Positions 13,120-27,200 are shown, numbered from the stretch's first letter. The stretch: 64,000 nt of DNA from Patellaria atrata CBS 101060 (GCA_010093705.1 MU006102.1:376123-440122); one strand, 5' to 3'. Numbers and translations: made by a program. Notes: generated by a model not told the origin, from the letters alone.

Positions 13120-13696
13120 AGGATGGGCGGGGGATCGGGGAGAGGGAAGGGGGACGGGGAGGGAAAGGGGGAGAAGGGGAAGGAAGAAGGGGATTTATGG
13201 GTGAGAGACGTGTGGTTGAGTAGATCGGCTGGGTCGGATACAGTCGTCCGGAGTGGTTTCGGTTTCTATGCCTGGCATCTGCAGTTACCGATGGTGGAAT
13301 GTGAAAATCCTCTTCTCGTACAGCAGGATGGAGTCATGAAGTGTGTTGGTCTTCTAATACCGTCCCGTCGCTCCTTTTTTGATATCCCGTCGGAGTCGGA
13401 GTCGGATCACGTGGATCCTTGGACTTCGAGTCCACCATGCTGTACTGTACGATTCCAGCTTTGCGATAGGGTGCAGTATTCTCGTTTCCGTACCGGTTGA
13501 AATTCCAGTTAAGAACGTACGTGCAGCATCAAGATCAATATCTCTATTCTATACAGTGTAGTGTATACGTGATACTTCCCACAAGAGCATGGCCTCGCTA
13601 CTCCTCAACGGAAACTCTCCACAAACTCTATCCCACTACAACATCCCTCAGTCCCACAACTCCTCAACATAATTCCCCTCCCCCCATCCTTTCAAC

Positions 13697-15372
13697 CTAT
13701 CCCACTCTAACATAATTCGCCGGAAAAGACCCCCTAACACCCTCCAACTCCCCCTCCCACCAATCATCCGCACTCTCCGTCTTCCTAACAACTCTAATCC
13801 GATCACCCTCCCTAAACCCCAAATCCCCCTCCTGCGCCGCATGGTAATCATACAGCGCGGTCACATAATCCCCTTGCGTCGACTGTATCCTCTTCGGCTT
13901 CGGTGGCGGGGGCGGAGGTTTCTTTTTCGCTGCTAGCGAGGAGATGGAGGTGTGCGAGGGAATGCGGGATGTGGGTTTCGAAGTGGGCGGGGAGAAGTAA
14001 CTGTCGGATTTGAAGGTGGAGGGGGTTAGGGAGGGGGAGTGTGCGCTTGTGGAGGAGGTGCGGGAGTTGTATGAGGTGTTTGACGCGTAGGGGGTTAGAG
14101 TCGCGCCGATGGAGGGGGAGGTCGTGGCTGAGGAGATCCTGGGACGGGTGGAGAAGGTGTTTGGGGGCAGTGAGCCGATTTTGGTTTTGGATGATAGGTC
14201 GGGCGGTGGGGTGTTGATGGATTGTGCAGAGGCGGATTGAGAGATGGGTGGTCTAGGTGTGGTAGGGTGACTGGAGGTTTGGCTGTTCTTGCGGAATCCG
14301 ATGCGGTTTGAGGCTCCGTTTCGAAGGTTCAGGCCGGTTATGGAGCCGTGGGAGTTCTCTTTGGGGGTCATGGGTTGGTGGACCGCTTTCCCGTGTAGCA
14401 GAAGTGAGAATTGACCCTCTATCTCCATACGTAGTGGTGTGAAAGCTCCATCCCAGTCCGAGACAATGTCTCTCAGCTCCGGTGGTGGAGAGGGATAGTT
14501 ATGATCGAGGCAGAAGTTATGCAAAGTTGTATATAACTGTCCAAGAAGAGTATTTTGGATCAAAATTTGAGTGGCAAGAAGTTGTGGTAGAAGAGAGAAT
14601 ACAGTTGCAGTTATACCAGGGAGTGTTTGACGTAAATGTTCGTCCGCGTCATGGTAGTCCTATCGCATTTCAGTAAAATCATCCGAAGTATAACATAGAT
14701 TTTAGGAGCATCTACCTGTGTTATACGACTCAAATCTGCTTCATGCTTTACTAGAGCAATGGTCTCACGATCAGAGAGCTTTGCCTTCTTCTGCAGAGTA
14801 TCTACTCGACCCTTGTATCGCTCATAGTCCAACTACACTTTGATCAGCAGTCGAAACGGCCCCAGAACTCGGGACTTACATACTTTTCGATCTTCACGCT
14901 TTTTGATCACCTTCTTCATAGGCTTGATCTCATCTTTTGCTCTCACAGCAGGCTTTATAAGCTTCTCTTCCATCATCTCAACATCAGCCATAACCTCTAT
15001 CTTAAGCTCTTCACAAGCTTGTTTTAGCTGTACAGCCCTCCCTAAAGTCTCTTCTGGAGTTTCCACATATTGATGTCCATTGAGCGTCTCCGAATGTCCA
15101 CTTATGGATTGGAAAAGTTCCTCGAAGGTGTGGGACATAGTGATTTGATGGGCTAAGAGGTCTCTCCAGGCTAATCGCCATGCTGTAGCCCCTTCAATGA
15201 TCTAGGGAATATGTGAGCTATGAAATTAAGGAAAAGAGGATATCATTAGATCATTACTCACCTGAGCCAATGCATTGTCAGCTTCCTCGAACTCTTTGAG
15301 GGCAACAGCAACATTTGTGTCATCCGCAGATCTCGTCAAGAAAGTACCGAACTTCCGTTGCATACGCTGCAT
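13697..15372 (-). CDS. BAR-domain + C-terminal SH3 protein (4 exons)
   Basis: Starts MQRMQRKFGTFLTRSADD. Helical BAR-like region contains KKREDRKLDYERY. A Pro-rich KKKPPPPPPKPKR segment precedes the SH3 domain VTALYDY...GDLGFREGDRI...DDWWEG...GSFPANYV. Confidence 0.9.
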
Positions 15373-16301
15373 AATTGCGGTGTTGTAGAAGTATAGACGT
15401 AAGAAATGAACAAATGAAATCTCAGTTCAAAGGAGCTGAGATGGTAGAGTGGCTCTCCATGAGGCGACGTTGAAAGAAGATATCGTATAGCCTCCGTAGA
15501 TCAAAATCTCCACGAAATAGAAACGAATTGGGATTGCGGGGATGGATTCAGCCTTGCCAAATTGTCGTGGGGTCAATTCCAAGCTTTTTGATAAACAACA
15601 TCACCTCAGCCGACTTAGCATCAAATCCCTTCTTTGTTGGTTTTTGATTCATCTTAGTTGTCCACGGCATGCATTCGTTACATTGAAAACGTGTTCAGAG
15701 GACGCGTCACGGCGCATCAGTCAGCAATTCCTTCCCCGATGATCCCCACAAAAGCATCTTCTTGTCTCCACCAGCTGGAACTCTCAAGTCAGTATTATAT
15801 ATTGTAGAGTTGTGTTCTGTCTTTTGTATGTTCAAGAGTATGTTATAGTAAAATCGATTTAATACATCTAACACACCTCCCACAGGATTTCCATGGTTTG
15901 ACGGGGCTGAATGAAGTCGTATTATAACAGTATCCACTGCGTCCTTTCACTCCACAACGCAGGCTCTCTAAATCATTTCCATGTTCAATATGTCCTTCTT
16001 ACATAAACTCTGTCTTCTTTCTATCAGCCCATCGGATACCACTGTGACACACACGCCGTGAGGTATTTCGCAGCCCAAAACACCAGGGACCGGATATCTG
16101 CATTTCCAAGAGCCTAACCCTTCCTCCTCGCAGTATCCGCTTTGTTTCCATTAACGTACAAACTCGCTCCCAATGTACCCCCCGACATTCCAATATTCCT
16201 CGCCTGTACCTCAACATATCCCCTCTCAACCCGCTCTCTTGCCTCCCCTGAGCTTGTCCCACAGAGCTCGGAGACGTCACAACCCTGTCCCCACCGAGAT
16301 A

Positions 16302-16733
16302 TCACAGTCGCATTTCACCCTCCCTCCCATGATACATGTGTCCCTGTCGCAGCGCTCCTCCCCCGCTGTCGTGGACCGTCTCCCGGGACCCATCCCGCCC
16401 GTCTTTCCCTGTATAGGTCTGCGACCATCTTTGTTTCGGCCTTACATTGCTAGATATCGCCTGCTGATATGCAAGCACCCGATCGGGGTACTTGTGCAGC
16501 ACTCTCCGTTTCCGCTGGGCGGACAGCGTATCGATGTGCTCGTACGGACTGGGGACATCGACGTCCTTAAAGGGTAGAGGCATCTCGGGGTCGAATTCGA
16601 CTTCGTGTACCCATTTGCGGATCAGGGCTGTTTGGGATGGGGTGAGGGCGTTCGCGTACATGTCCCGGAGTAGTTTGCGGTGGCGAGCCGCGTCTGAGCT
16701 TGGTTGGAACATCGTGAGGTGATTATGTGCCAT
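16302..16733 (-). CDS. Hypothetical protein (orphan; 3' end uncertain)
   Basis: ATG-started 143-aa GC-rich ORF with plausible composition. No recognisable domain. Confidence 0.35.
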   Translation of the reverse strand: MAHNHLTMFQPSSDAARHRKLLRDMYANALTPSQTALIRKWVHEVEFDPEMPLPFKDVDVPSPYEHIDTLSAQRKRRVLHKYPDRVLAYQQAISSNVRPKQRWSQTYTGKDGRDGSRETVHDSGGGALRQGHMYHGREGEMRL

Positions 16734-17371
16734 CTCATTACCCTTTTTGTTAGGATAGAGGATTTTTGTCAGTGGGAGATGTCTTCATTGGAATTCTGCT
16801 GAGATATGCCATTTACTCGGCTTTGTTGATCTAGATTGCGATTTCTCGGCATTTAATTTCAGCGATGCTTTGTCTCTTTCTCAAGTGTAAGGCTGGATGG
16901 TTCATCCAGACTCGTTTCTATAGATTCTTTTATCTTTTTTTCTTTGATGCCACGTTCGAGCTCAAAATAATCAGTAAATCTTGGAAGAAATGTGGTATCA
17001 AGTAATAGGAAAACTCGTAGCCTTATGTACCGCGTCGTTCAAAGCGTAAAGCAAGGGTCAAAGGATCCTGTAAAGGAAATGGTATGGCAAGCCTCAATAT
17101 CTAATGTCAATATCTTCATACCGCTCGAACCCATTCATATGGGCTCATTCAGTGGTACAGCGAAGACGGAGACTCTGGCTAAGAGCAATGGAACAGTAAA
17201 ATAGAAGTACCGCGATATGGAAAAGGTTATTATGCTCGAAGTCAGAGCAATTAAAATTGGGCGTAGCGAACGGAAAGATTCTATCAAGTACTTAAGCAAC
17301 AAAATATAGCTTCTTAGGACGCACAATAATACAAACCAGAGATGAGCCTATTCCTTAATAATATTATAAGT

Positions 17372-18020
17372 TTACCCCATTGGTGATGATATACAGAGTA
17401 AAAATAAAATCCTCAATCCAACCTCATCTGAAACCCGAAGTTCATCGGATATCTCCCACTCATCCTCCACGCCGATGTCGATTGGGTAACTTGTCCTTGC
17501 GTTGAGAATGGTCCTCATCTGTAGTAGCAAGTCTTGAATAGTCTCGTCGTCCACTTCGCGAAAACAAGACTTTCACGCCCTGCTTCCTCAACAAATCTAC
17601 CTCCAGATGCATCAAACCGATTAGCGACTCGTATCCTCTCGCCTCTTGGCGATTACCGCCTTGCAGGTATTTCTCGTAAGTCTTATCCATGGCGTCGACT
17701 CAGTATCCCCAAATTGTCTTGATGATTGCTTGCTTGAAATCTTTGCCCTCCCGGTTCAGCCTGCGGATGTAGAGTAATCCTTCATTGCCGGCGTGGATCT
17801 CACCTCATTCTATTCCGTTGCAAGCATCCTCAACGATTTGGGAAATGTAGTCGCCCTTCTGGGTTTTGACACAGGTGGCGTGTACGTTGATTCCATTTTC
17901 GTCGGGGGTGTAATCGCTAGCTACTGTAATAACAACGTGTTGATCTGAGGTGGGGGCGTCTTCCGGTTTGGGTATCTGCTATTCAACTGCTTCGAGGGAC
18001 TGTTTGCCGGCTATAGTCAT
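17372..18020 (-). pseudogene. Possible decayed orphan gene (in-frame stops and a frameshift)
   Basis: ATG at 18020, in-frame TAG at 17981-17979, then protein-like fragments in two overlapping frames (17460-17690 and 17372-17554). Confidence 0.3.
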
Positions 18021-19086
18021 GTAACACTTGGACTGGTCAGCAATGTATTCGCTCTAAAAGAAACCTTCGCCCGACTGCATGGGTAGAAGACTTGGAAAGG
18101 TATAAATGAATTAGAACTATACGTACAGCTCAATTTTACGGGCGATTGAAATCGTAGTTTACTACTTTTAACAGTACTCCTGTAAGACGTTCTGCAGGTG
18201 TACAGTTTAGTCGAGCTGCCACAATAGAGAAGGATAGTTGTGAATACATACAGTCTAGCTCCTATCCCTTGGTTTGAGAGGAAGTTATTTTGGTCGTATG
18301 CAAACTGAAGATAGACCTGGTATAGCAGAATGGAGAGAAGAGCGGCCAGTAAGAACCATAATCAAGGTAGAAAACAGCTGTGAGAGTGACATACAAACCT
18401 GTCCTAAAACTGAGAACTACACACAGTAACCTGCACACAGCTCACCAATATGAGACTCATGTTACAAAACCTCAGCTTACTTTCAGATATTACGGTCAAA
18501 CAAATCTGTTTCTGTGTTGTACGCAGCCATCTTTTTCCTGCAGGCGAATCATCAAATGCTGATGACGAGCCGCGTGTGGGCGTATCGATTGCGTATGAGC
18601 GACGGCGAATTGAATTGCGGCACCATTCATACTTGACCCTGATTCCGTACGAGGTTGTCGAGCTACGTATAGGCCTTTGCTGTATAGTCAGTACGGTTTC
18701 AAACAATATGCTAGCCTCATCAAAGCTTGTAGTTAATCTGTACAAACTGATCCTGTACGTACGATGGAGGCGGAGTAACAATTTTGGAGAGAACCGTACA
18801 ATAGTCGAGGGTGGTAAAATAAAGGTATATGGGATATTGGTTTCTCCAACCTATCCTCTAAAACCCATATTTTGTAAGCAGTTACTTGAAACGAGGTCAA
18901 AATAAGTTTCCAACGGTCAATTTGCACCGTCCCCTACTCGCATGAACCACAACCAAAATGGCAATGATCTTCAGGCACCCCCGGTCCGGACTTTGCGGAG
19001 TAAAAGCTTCTTCATAGCCTCACCACACACCATCACTTTTCCTGCCCTACAAAATTAACACGCTATATAAAAATCTATGATAAACC

Positions 19087-19911
19087 ATGGACGCAGAAAA
19101 CACCGCGTTCCTCACCAGCATATCCCACATCCTCACCGACTTCAAGGCGGTCCAAAACTCCTACACTGCGCTCCAAGAAACCCTCTCCACGCTCCCCGAA
19201 CCCGCCCAGTCAACCCTAAACACGCACATCACCGAGCTCCAAACCTCCATCTCAACCCTAGGCGCGACACTAAACCGTACCCGCGCAACGCTTCCCCCCT
19301 CCCCATCCCGACCATCCCAATCGCACGTAACTTACGTCCTACCACCGGGTGCGTCTCCTCCCCTTTAATATTCCGAAGCCCAATTTAACACCCAACCAGC
19401 CATTCCCCTCCCCCTCCTCCCCCACGACACCCTCTCTCCTCCCCCCACCCAAGTACCCCTATCCCCCCTTCCCCCGGCGAACATCACAAACGCCGGTTCC
19501 ACCCCCGGTCCCCCCTCCGACGACAACACACCCACCCAACGCTCCTACAACGACTCCCGCTCCGACGACATACCCCTCGACACGGACACTGACCCGGCGC
19601 TGCGGGGTCCGCTAACCATGCTCGACTCGCCGGACTTCGCCGCGCGGGTCGATGAGAAATTGAGGGAGTTGAGTAGGGGCGAGGATGGGGAGGGCGTGTT
19701 GCCTACTGTCTTACTGGGGATGGAGGTGGAAATAGGGATAGGGGAAGGGTTAAAAGTAGGGATAGAGGGGGAAAGCGGGACAGAAGTAGAAGTCGTTGAA
19801 GATGCAGAGACGGGATTGCCGATTAAACAGAAGTTAGGCGCGAAACGGAGTCTCAACTTCGAGGACCTAAAACTGCATCGGCGGAAAGTGTCGGATGAGT
19901 TTTTGGTCTAG
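19087..19911 (+). CDS. Hypothetical protein, ~257 aa (exons 19087-19348, 19400-19911), N-terminal amphipathic/coiled-coil segment and Pro-rich linker
   Basis: TATATAAAA at ~19064 and ACCATGG start context. The GTGCGT...ACCAG intron (19349-19399) joins the 19087 and 19618 ORFs in one frame. Confidence 0.65.
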
Positions 19912-20252
19912 GTCTGTTCGTGCGATTTAGTCAAAGGTATACTTTTTGCTATGTGGATGATTTGGATTATAGTCTAAGGGTGAGAGCGGGTAGGAAGTTT
20001 GTTCGTTCGCCCGTGTCGAACTGGAAGATATTGTGATCCCTTGGTCCAGTACGGGTCAAATACCTCGGTCGCTATGCTTGTTGAATAAATACTGCGATGT
20101 TGGTTGCCCGGTGTTGATACTCCTATTGTCCGTGCGGTCGTTCCGTACGTAGTGTACCTTTGAGGGTTCGCCGTATGTTTACAGAGTTTATGTATTGTAG
20201 AGTCAGACGCTGGAGAGAATGAGTAGAGAGAATCGAAAGAAAAATTGATATA

Positions 20253-22047
20253 TTATTTGGAGACTGAGAAGGCCCCGTGCGTTCTGTGTTTTCCTGTATT
20301 ATATGGTCGAGGACACGTTGGGAAAGAGTAGCTAACTAAAACTATATCCTGATCTTGAAACTCTCCAGCTTCCGTCCTCTGAATGATTTCCCCGTTCATG
20401 ATACCTTGTATGTAACACCCAGCGACTAACTTGTAACAATCGAATCCTTCGTCCATTTCCAATATGTAAATAACTCCCCCCAGTAAATGTCAGCCAGTAT
20501 GCATCTCACAGGTCCTCATAAAAAGTCCTAAATCCACGTGCCGTGATATCTCGAAAGATCTCATCGACTTCTGGGCAGTAACCGATTGTCTCCACGATTG
20601 GGTTGCGACGCTCCTGATGGAAGAATTCGAGAGCCGGAGACACCCAAGCTACTGCGTCAAATAGGATGCTTCGGAGCTGTAGAAAGCGTTCCCTGAGAAC
20701 TTTTGCGCTAAATGACGAGCCGGATCCGCCAGCGCAGTACCACGATCGCACCATTCGGAGGGTATTAACAAACAAACCATCGTTCCAGCGAGGTACCCAG
20801 GATGGGCGCGAGGAGTGCAGGGAGATGTGTTCCCCGGTGTGGTCGACAGAGGAAAGGGTGGTCCAGAGCGCTATCGGGTCGCGTAGGATAGCACACGCCA
20901 CTTCGAAGTAAACCCGATCGACGAATTTGGTATAGTTAATAGTGAATAAGTGTTCTCCCTCAGAGGTCCTAGCGGTGGTTTGGTCAATGAATGCAAATAC
21001 GTGATCGCGGGAATCTGAAGTTCCGAAAGATCGACTGAGCGCTAGAATGTCGGTTACGTACAGTTTTTCATGATGAGTATTTAAATTTTGGATTAGAGAC
21101 TTGCCAGCCCTCCATGTGGGGCTGTTTTTGTAAGAGCGCCATAGTAACTTGAAAGGAATGAATATCGAATTGACAAGACTGAGCCCTGTTAATCTTACAA
21201 GTCGTGGTTGATGGATACTAAAGGGTGATAGTTCACCAAGCTCGCTTAGATCCATTATCGAACCTCCCTATATGATCACAGCAGCTCTTGCTAGGCCCAT
21301 TTCCGAGAGAACCCACACACGTCTAAAGTATTGCAACTCCATCATCATTGCTTCAAGTTTGGTCCACCTTGCTCGATCAGTGCATACAGGGGTAAAACAT
21401 GGTTCGGGCTGCATGGGTGGCTCAAGCATGAAAGAGCCCCCACTGACCGTCCGTGATTGCATCGTTTGAACTTTATGGGCACGATCAGAGACGGTGGTAT
21501 GTCTCTAGGATCTTCATATCTCTCTAGTTGGCCATTAAGATATTCATTAGTCATCTTGACAAGGTTAAAGCAATCTTTAGCAATTCCTCGTTCATCCTTT
21601 CCAATCCAAATAAGTACTTTTGACGCTTGTTGATAAATCGACGCCATCTGCCTGACTTGATGTCCTTGCTCTTCCTCATTTTCCTGGTGAATACATACTG
21701 CGCCTGCCCATAACGCTCTCGTCTTCTTCTTATCCCGAAATCTTTCAAGAGCATCATGCAGATTTCGTGTTACTGGAAGTTTAAGACCATTGCATGAAAC
21801 ATATTTCGTGTCTTTTGCGTCTCCCCAGCAATATGAAATGGCTTCATACCTAGCTTCCACATCCTCGAAAAATGCTATCCGCAGTCTGCATTGTATGACA
21901 GGGCCGTCGCCTGGTATGAGCTCGAGCAGCCGAATCAAATCTTCGCTCGGGAGGGCTACGTACACATACGAAGGTTTGAGGGAAAATTCGAGACCGGTCG
22001 ATCAAGCGTCTGCCTACGACTGAGCGACTTTTGGATTTCATCTTCAT
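20253..22047 (-). pseudogene. Heterokaryon incompatibility (HET-6-like, PF06985-type) pseudogene
   Basis: HET motifs IRLLELIPG, YEAISYCWG, NLHDALERFR, QVRQMASIYQQASKVLIWIG, YFRRVWV, DSRDHVFA, RPSWVPRW and CYIQGIMNGE are spread over 4 ORF pieces. Frameshift near 21460, TAG at 21268-21270, and the WxDAICINQ motif reads WAGAVCIHQ. Confidence 0.85.
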
Positions 22048-22887
22048 TCTTTGAAAGACTGAGAAGAAAAGATTGCGGGATTGAAGTCACAGTCTTCCCT
22101 TCTTCTATCGACACGCATGCTAAGAATGATTGAGAGGGCGAAGACTCGATGTTGAACTATCTCAGCCCCAGCCTTGCGTCCCAATTCGACCATAGATGGA
22201 CCTGATAAGCTTTCATCGTGATTCCGGCCATTGAAATTGCGCGTAAACAACATAAGATAGAGAGACTGAAAAATAAGAAGAAAGAAATGCGGGTTGAAGA
22301 AGATAATCAAAAATAGAACGTTGACTCAGCGCGTTATTGTTGAAAGGAAAGAGCTCAGGTATCTTAGAACTCAAGTATTTCTTCTTTAGGGGTACTGAAG
22401 ATGATGTAATCCTTCGGTTAATTTCGGCTATAGGCTTGCCATGAAGTCGCCGACGGACTGTTGAGCTCTAGAGTCGTTTCGAGCTTTTAATCACATACTC
22501 AGATCAGATGTGCATACTTTTCTGAGCTGTGTATATGTCAAGTGCATTACTTAGACGGTGACTACGTCTTTCAAAGACCAGCTGTACGGTACCGCGAGAA
22601 ACTATCGTTACCCTTCCTATGGCGCAACACCATATGCACAGTTCCCCTCAGTACGCACAGTGAAGTCGGATATCCTTTTAGGTTCAAGCGTATAGAACCT
22701 AGGTAGTAGTACGAAAAGGAACTCTGTAAAACGCCATTCTCCGGAATTTGTCCTGAAAATATTAGACCCATTGATATGAGCATATCTTCCCGAGATTAGA
22801 TCAGTTTCATTCCACACGGCACAACGATGTGTACAAATATCTTATCAAACACAGAAGATATGTCATCATACCGTTCATCAAGACACA

Positions 22888-24287
22888 CTATCTCCTGTAG
22901 ACGCCAATAGCCCATGCGATCCGTAAAATCGCAAGTCCCCAAGCCATGCCCAAGCTATCCCAAATGACATTCAATTTACTCCCCATGACCTCTTTCCACC
23001 CAATGGCGACTTCCACGACAGTGATTTTCGCGCTTTCGGCGAGCATGAGCATCTCAACGTCAAATATCCATCCCTCCGAATGCATGTGGGGAATTATATA
23101 GGGAAGAGTAGGACGAGAGAAAAGCTTGAAACCACATTGGGTATCCTTAATGAGAGAGGTGTTGCGGGTAGTGAGAGAGCGGATAAGGAGATGGAAGCAG
23201 TGCATGAGAAAATTGCGGAGTATAGATCTCTAAAACCAAACCATTAGCGTCACCCACAGTTTTAAGACCCTGAAAAGAAGTTACCTTTACAATTGCATCA
23301 CTTCCTACTAGATGAGCTCGAGATCCAATTGCAACACCTCGTCCTTTATCGTCTTCGATGTCCTGACATCCCTTGACCAGCTTTGCTAAATCCTCAAACT
23401 TGCTCGCACCGTCTGCATCTGCGAAAACAACATATTCGCCTCTTACGTGTCTCATTCCGTGTGTAACTGCACCTCCTTTGCCTCTATTTTCCTCCAGCTC
23501 AACAACACGAATACTACCGTGAGGTATTTGGGTTGCGTGGGTGGGATGTGGTGTCCGCGGTCCTGGTACTGGAACCGGATACTGAGCAAGCTGATGATCC
23601 CTCGCGAAGTCAAAAGCTTTCTCCACCGTTTTATCCGTCGATCCATCCGATATGATCAGTATTTCCCAGCCACGCCCAACTTTCATCTGGCCCTTCGACC
23701 GAACAGTCTCCGGCGTCTCACTATTCTTCTCCTGAGCTATCTTTCTGTATGTCGCTGAGGTAGAAGGAGATTTTGACTCTACGTCTGCACCGTGAGCATC
23801 TCCGTATTCCCGTTGAAGGAACTCGACTGCCTCTTCCAGCATCCCGCCTAAACGGTCTTGTTCGTTGTAGGCAGGGACGACAACACTCATGAAGAGTGAA
23901 GCTCCCTGCACAGCATCGGGGTCTTCTAATACTCTATTTTCCTTTCGAGCCTGCAACTTCCGCACGAGCCAAGAATCCTCCCAACATGGTAACCTAGCAT
24001 ATTCGCTTATTTCCCCGTTTGGCAATATCGTACGGTATCTTTTTTCGGACAGTCTTGGTGGGCGAGGAACGGGTGCGACAATGAAGACAAGCAGATAGCC
24101 CTAGAAATGTCACAAGATATTAGCTCAAACCGGATTGCTTGAAGTTTTGCTGACTCCAAGAACATACAAATGCCGAAAACGCTAGAGCATTGGTGACTAT
24201 AAGACCAATTAAGAGTGGTAGAGGAGTTGTTTGCGCAATATCAACGCATTTCTGCAGAAAAGCGCCGAGAGTATTGATGGCATACAT
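22888..24287 (-). CDS. ALG5: Dolichyl-phosphate beta-glucosyltransferase (GT2), 3 exons
   Basis: SVVVPAYNEQDRL, DGSTDKT, NRGKGGAV, FADADGAS, DTQCGFKLF, WIFDVEML. N-terminal TM exon 24287-24168 splices in frame to 24100. Confidence 0.96.
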
Positions 24288-27200
24288 CCGGTATGAGCCG
24301 GGGAGATAAGAGGCTCAATTGGAAGCAGAGCAGCGCATTGATTGGATATTTTGCAAGCTGTAGCTGAGCCGAAACGATTCCGATATGATACCACTCGAAC
24401 TGAATGAAATGAATGACTGTGGTAAGGTTAACATCTATGGGGATGTCATTGCTTAACGTGCTACTAATAAGTGTTTCCGTCGGGTCGGGAGATCTGTCAT
24501 GTTCCTAACTACCGGGGCGGACACCGGGGGATAGAACTACGATTACATCCAACAGCTCGATGGGAAGTATAATATAGAAATTGGTCTGAGCAATTGGGCT
24601 ATTCTTGCAAGTGGAAGTATATTTTATGACCTCAATTGAGTGGCATAACCACCTGAATCGATGTTTGTTTGTCTCAAGGAAAGTTGTTGCAATCCCAAGT
24701 TGGGAGATTATCTCCGAGAATTCTAGGCTTGATCAGGCTTAGCGGAATTTTATCTGGGGAAATGTGGCTGTGTTGCACCTGTGGCTGTAACTATGCGTCG
24801 AGCCTAGCCTAGATGCGAACTAAGATGAATACGGTAAGGCTGGTTTGATCGCATGAACTTGTCAAGTAGATTTTACTTTTTAAACCTTCCATACCTCCAC
24901 TACTGACTTGTCCAACTCCTCCCCCTTTTCACTAGAATACATTACGAGAACTGCGTACTTGTGGTTCTGCGAGCATTCAAGTACGCACTCGAAATCATCG
25001 CCGCTTCCTGAAATTTGTGTATAGAGTATCACCGGAGTATCACGTTTTGATGTTAGAATTCAGCTAAGCCAGATCTCATAGATTGAAACTCCTCAGCTGA
25101 ACGTCAGCTATTGTCCTACACTTAGTCCTTATCGTAATTTAGTCCCTTTCAGAGTTCTTCCAAAGATATACTAGTCCTATCGTAGCTTCAGCTTCGTCTT
25201 CTGCGGTTTGCCCCCACTTGCAAGTCTACTTACCAAGTAGAATTTCTATTTTTAGCGAAGTAATGGTTCTTGATTTCTCTACTTTAATTATTCACGTCGC
25301 TCGTGAGTGTTTCCGTTGTTTTTTCGGGTGTGTGCATATTTTGCTCCACTGAAGATAACCGCACCGCTTGCGAAAGTGAGACTGGAGTTCCTTGGTGATA
25401 TTCCATGTTGCATGTGGCGGTGCACTAGAAGCACCTGATTTACGACAACAAATCGCCACATTCTATGCATTTCTCTCTATAAAATTCGCTACATTCAGGT
25501 AATCAAGCGGCAAATTATCATATACATGTCAAAATGAAAGGTCATACCACAATACATTAGTGTCAGTCAATGCTACAGATATCGCTCAGGGTTATCATCA
25601 GCCATTCCATATTACTCCACAGGTGAAAATTATCTGGAAGTTATTGCACCCTTTTAACCAAGAAGCTATATTCGAGGTGATAACATGGTTACTTAATGTT
25701 ACTCTGAAGATCATCTTCTACACTCCCCTCAGGATCTTGTTTGCCTCTCTGCTCATCAACTAAGTACCGCCTATAATATCTGGTACCGACATTTACTTGC
25801 CACCGTAGATTCTCAACATCGGAGTCACCGAAGCAAGCGATCACCAAAGTTCCTGGAGGCGCATATGATCAAGGGGCGTATGACCGTGTCATTTACGCTT
25901 AAATACGGCTTATTACCAACAATCAACCGTCGATTTATTACCAGCAAGATCGTTGGCGCACTGGTTGGGTCATAGATTCCCCAGATCATGCGATGGTTGC
26001 CTTGATGCAAGTGCATTCAGCGAGAGAGGATCTCCCTGTTGTCTCCAGCTGGAAGAGCAAAGTTTAGGGCGTCACCGGATTTGAGGGATATTGATCGCTC
26101 TAAGAGCTCTAACCCTATACTTGACCGGTTGTTCAGCACGTCGTGTGTTGTTGGCTACGCAATATCAGCGACTTATCCACCTCTCAAGTCTATTGTGAGC
26201 CTTGTCCTACTAATCTCCCCGTTCACACCACCTTGATTTGTGTTCAACTACAAGGATGATCTACTTTTACTTACGTGTTCTGAGAAAACTGGCTGGATCA
26301 TCCAAAAAAGCGTTACCCACTCCACGGAAGGAACGATATCATTGTCGTCTGCCGTATACAATACCGAATGAGGAATGTGTATTCTAATTACAAGTAAGTG
26401 ACAGTTTCTAGTTTATTTCACTTAAACCCTTAGGCCCTATGGGTTTAGCTGAGCTATCAAGTCTCACAAAATGTCGACAAGGATCTTAGGATGTTGAAGC
26501 CCCTAGCATAAAGGTTTATCCATGCATTGTCTGTAGCCGCACCTTCCGATTCAGGGACTGCTATTCGACCACGTCTGGTTCGGCTTCAGTGCATAACAAT
26601 TTTCCGCGTTTCGTGCATTGGTCATGAATAGACCGCCTCACTTCTACCATGGGTTACGTTTCCTTCGCTATGTTTCAGATAATAGCTCTGCGGTATTTCA
26701 TTAGCTATCGTAAGTATTAGCTTGCGTCGTCCAGAGACCCGAACCAGCTCACACTGCATTTAGTGGTACGTGGCTTTCGTTTTATGATTTTTTGACTTTG
26801 TAGTAACTATGGTTGCCTTCTTCATCTCTTCAAAATAATTGGATAAGGACGAAGATCGAGGCTTTTTATTTCGCGATACAGCAAGCCATCCATGTACACT
26901 TTTTCTTTTCATCATCTTGTGCATGATGTGATTAACAGAATAATATTGTTTGCCTTTTTCTTAATCTATGTACTTGTCGTTTCTAGCTCTCAACTCCTGA
27001 TTCTGTTGAAACAGTTCACGTGATTGCTACCGAACATGTATAGATCTCCGAATCTGTGACCTGTAGCCTCGCTGCGTTAAGATTGAGGATATCTATCGGT
27101 GAAGCATCGCTATTTTTATTCTCTCAGGCGATTGAATTTTCAGATCCAATGGATTACAATCATCAGTTTCATACTACCTAACTAGAGGGTAGAATTCCTC

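Noticed and set aside
18380..18927. Overlapping 125-151-aa ORFs
   Set aside because: No motif and atypical composition; probably chance ORFs.
21268..21270. TAG in the HET gene as an A-to-I editing-corrected stop (TAG>TGG)
   Set aside because: The gene also has a frameshift, an apparent deletion and a mutated core motif, so editing could not rescue it.
26109..26117. CTAACCCTA, a telomerase-template-like 9-mer near the Est1-like gene
   Set aside because: A 9-mer match is expected by chance in this much DNA, and no pseudoknot or other TER element was identifiable by eye.
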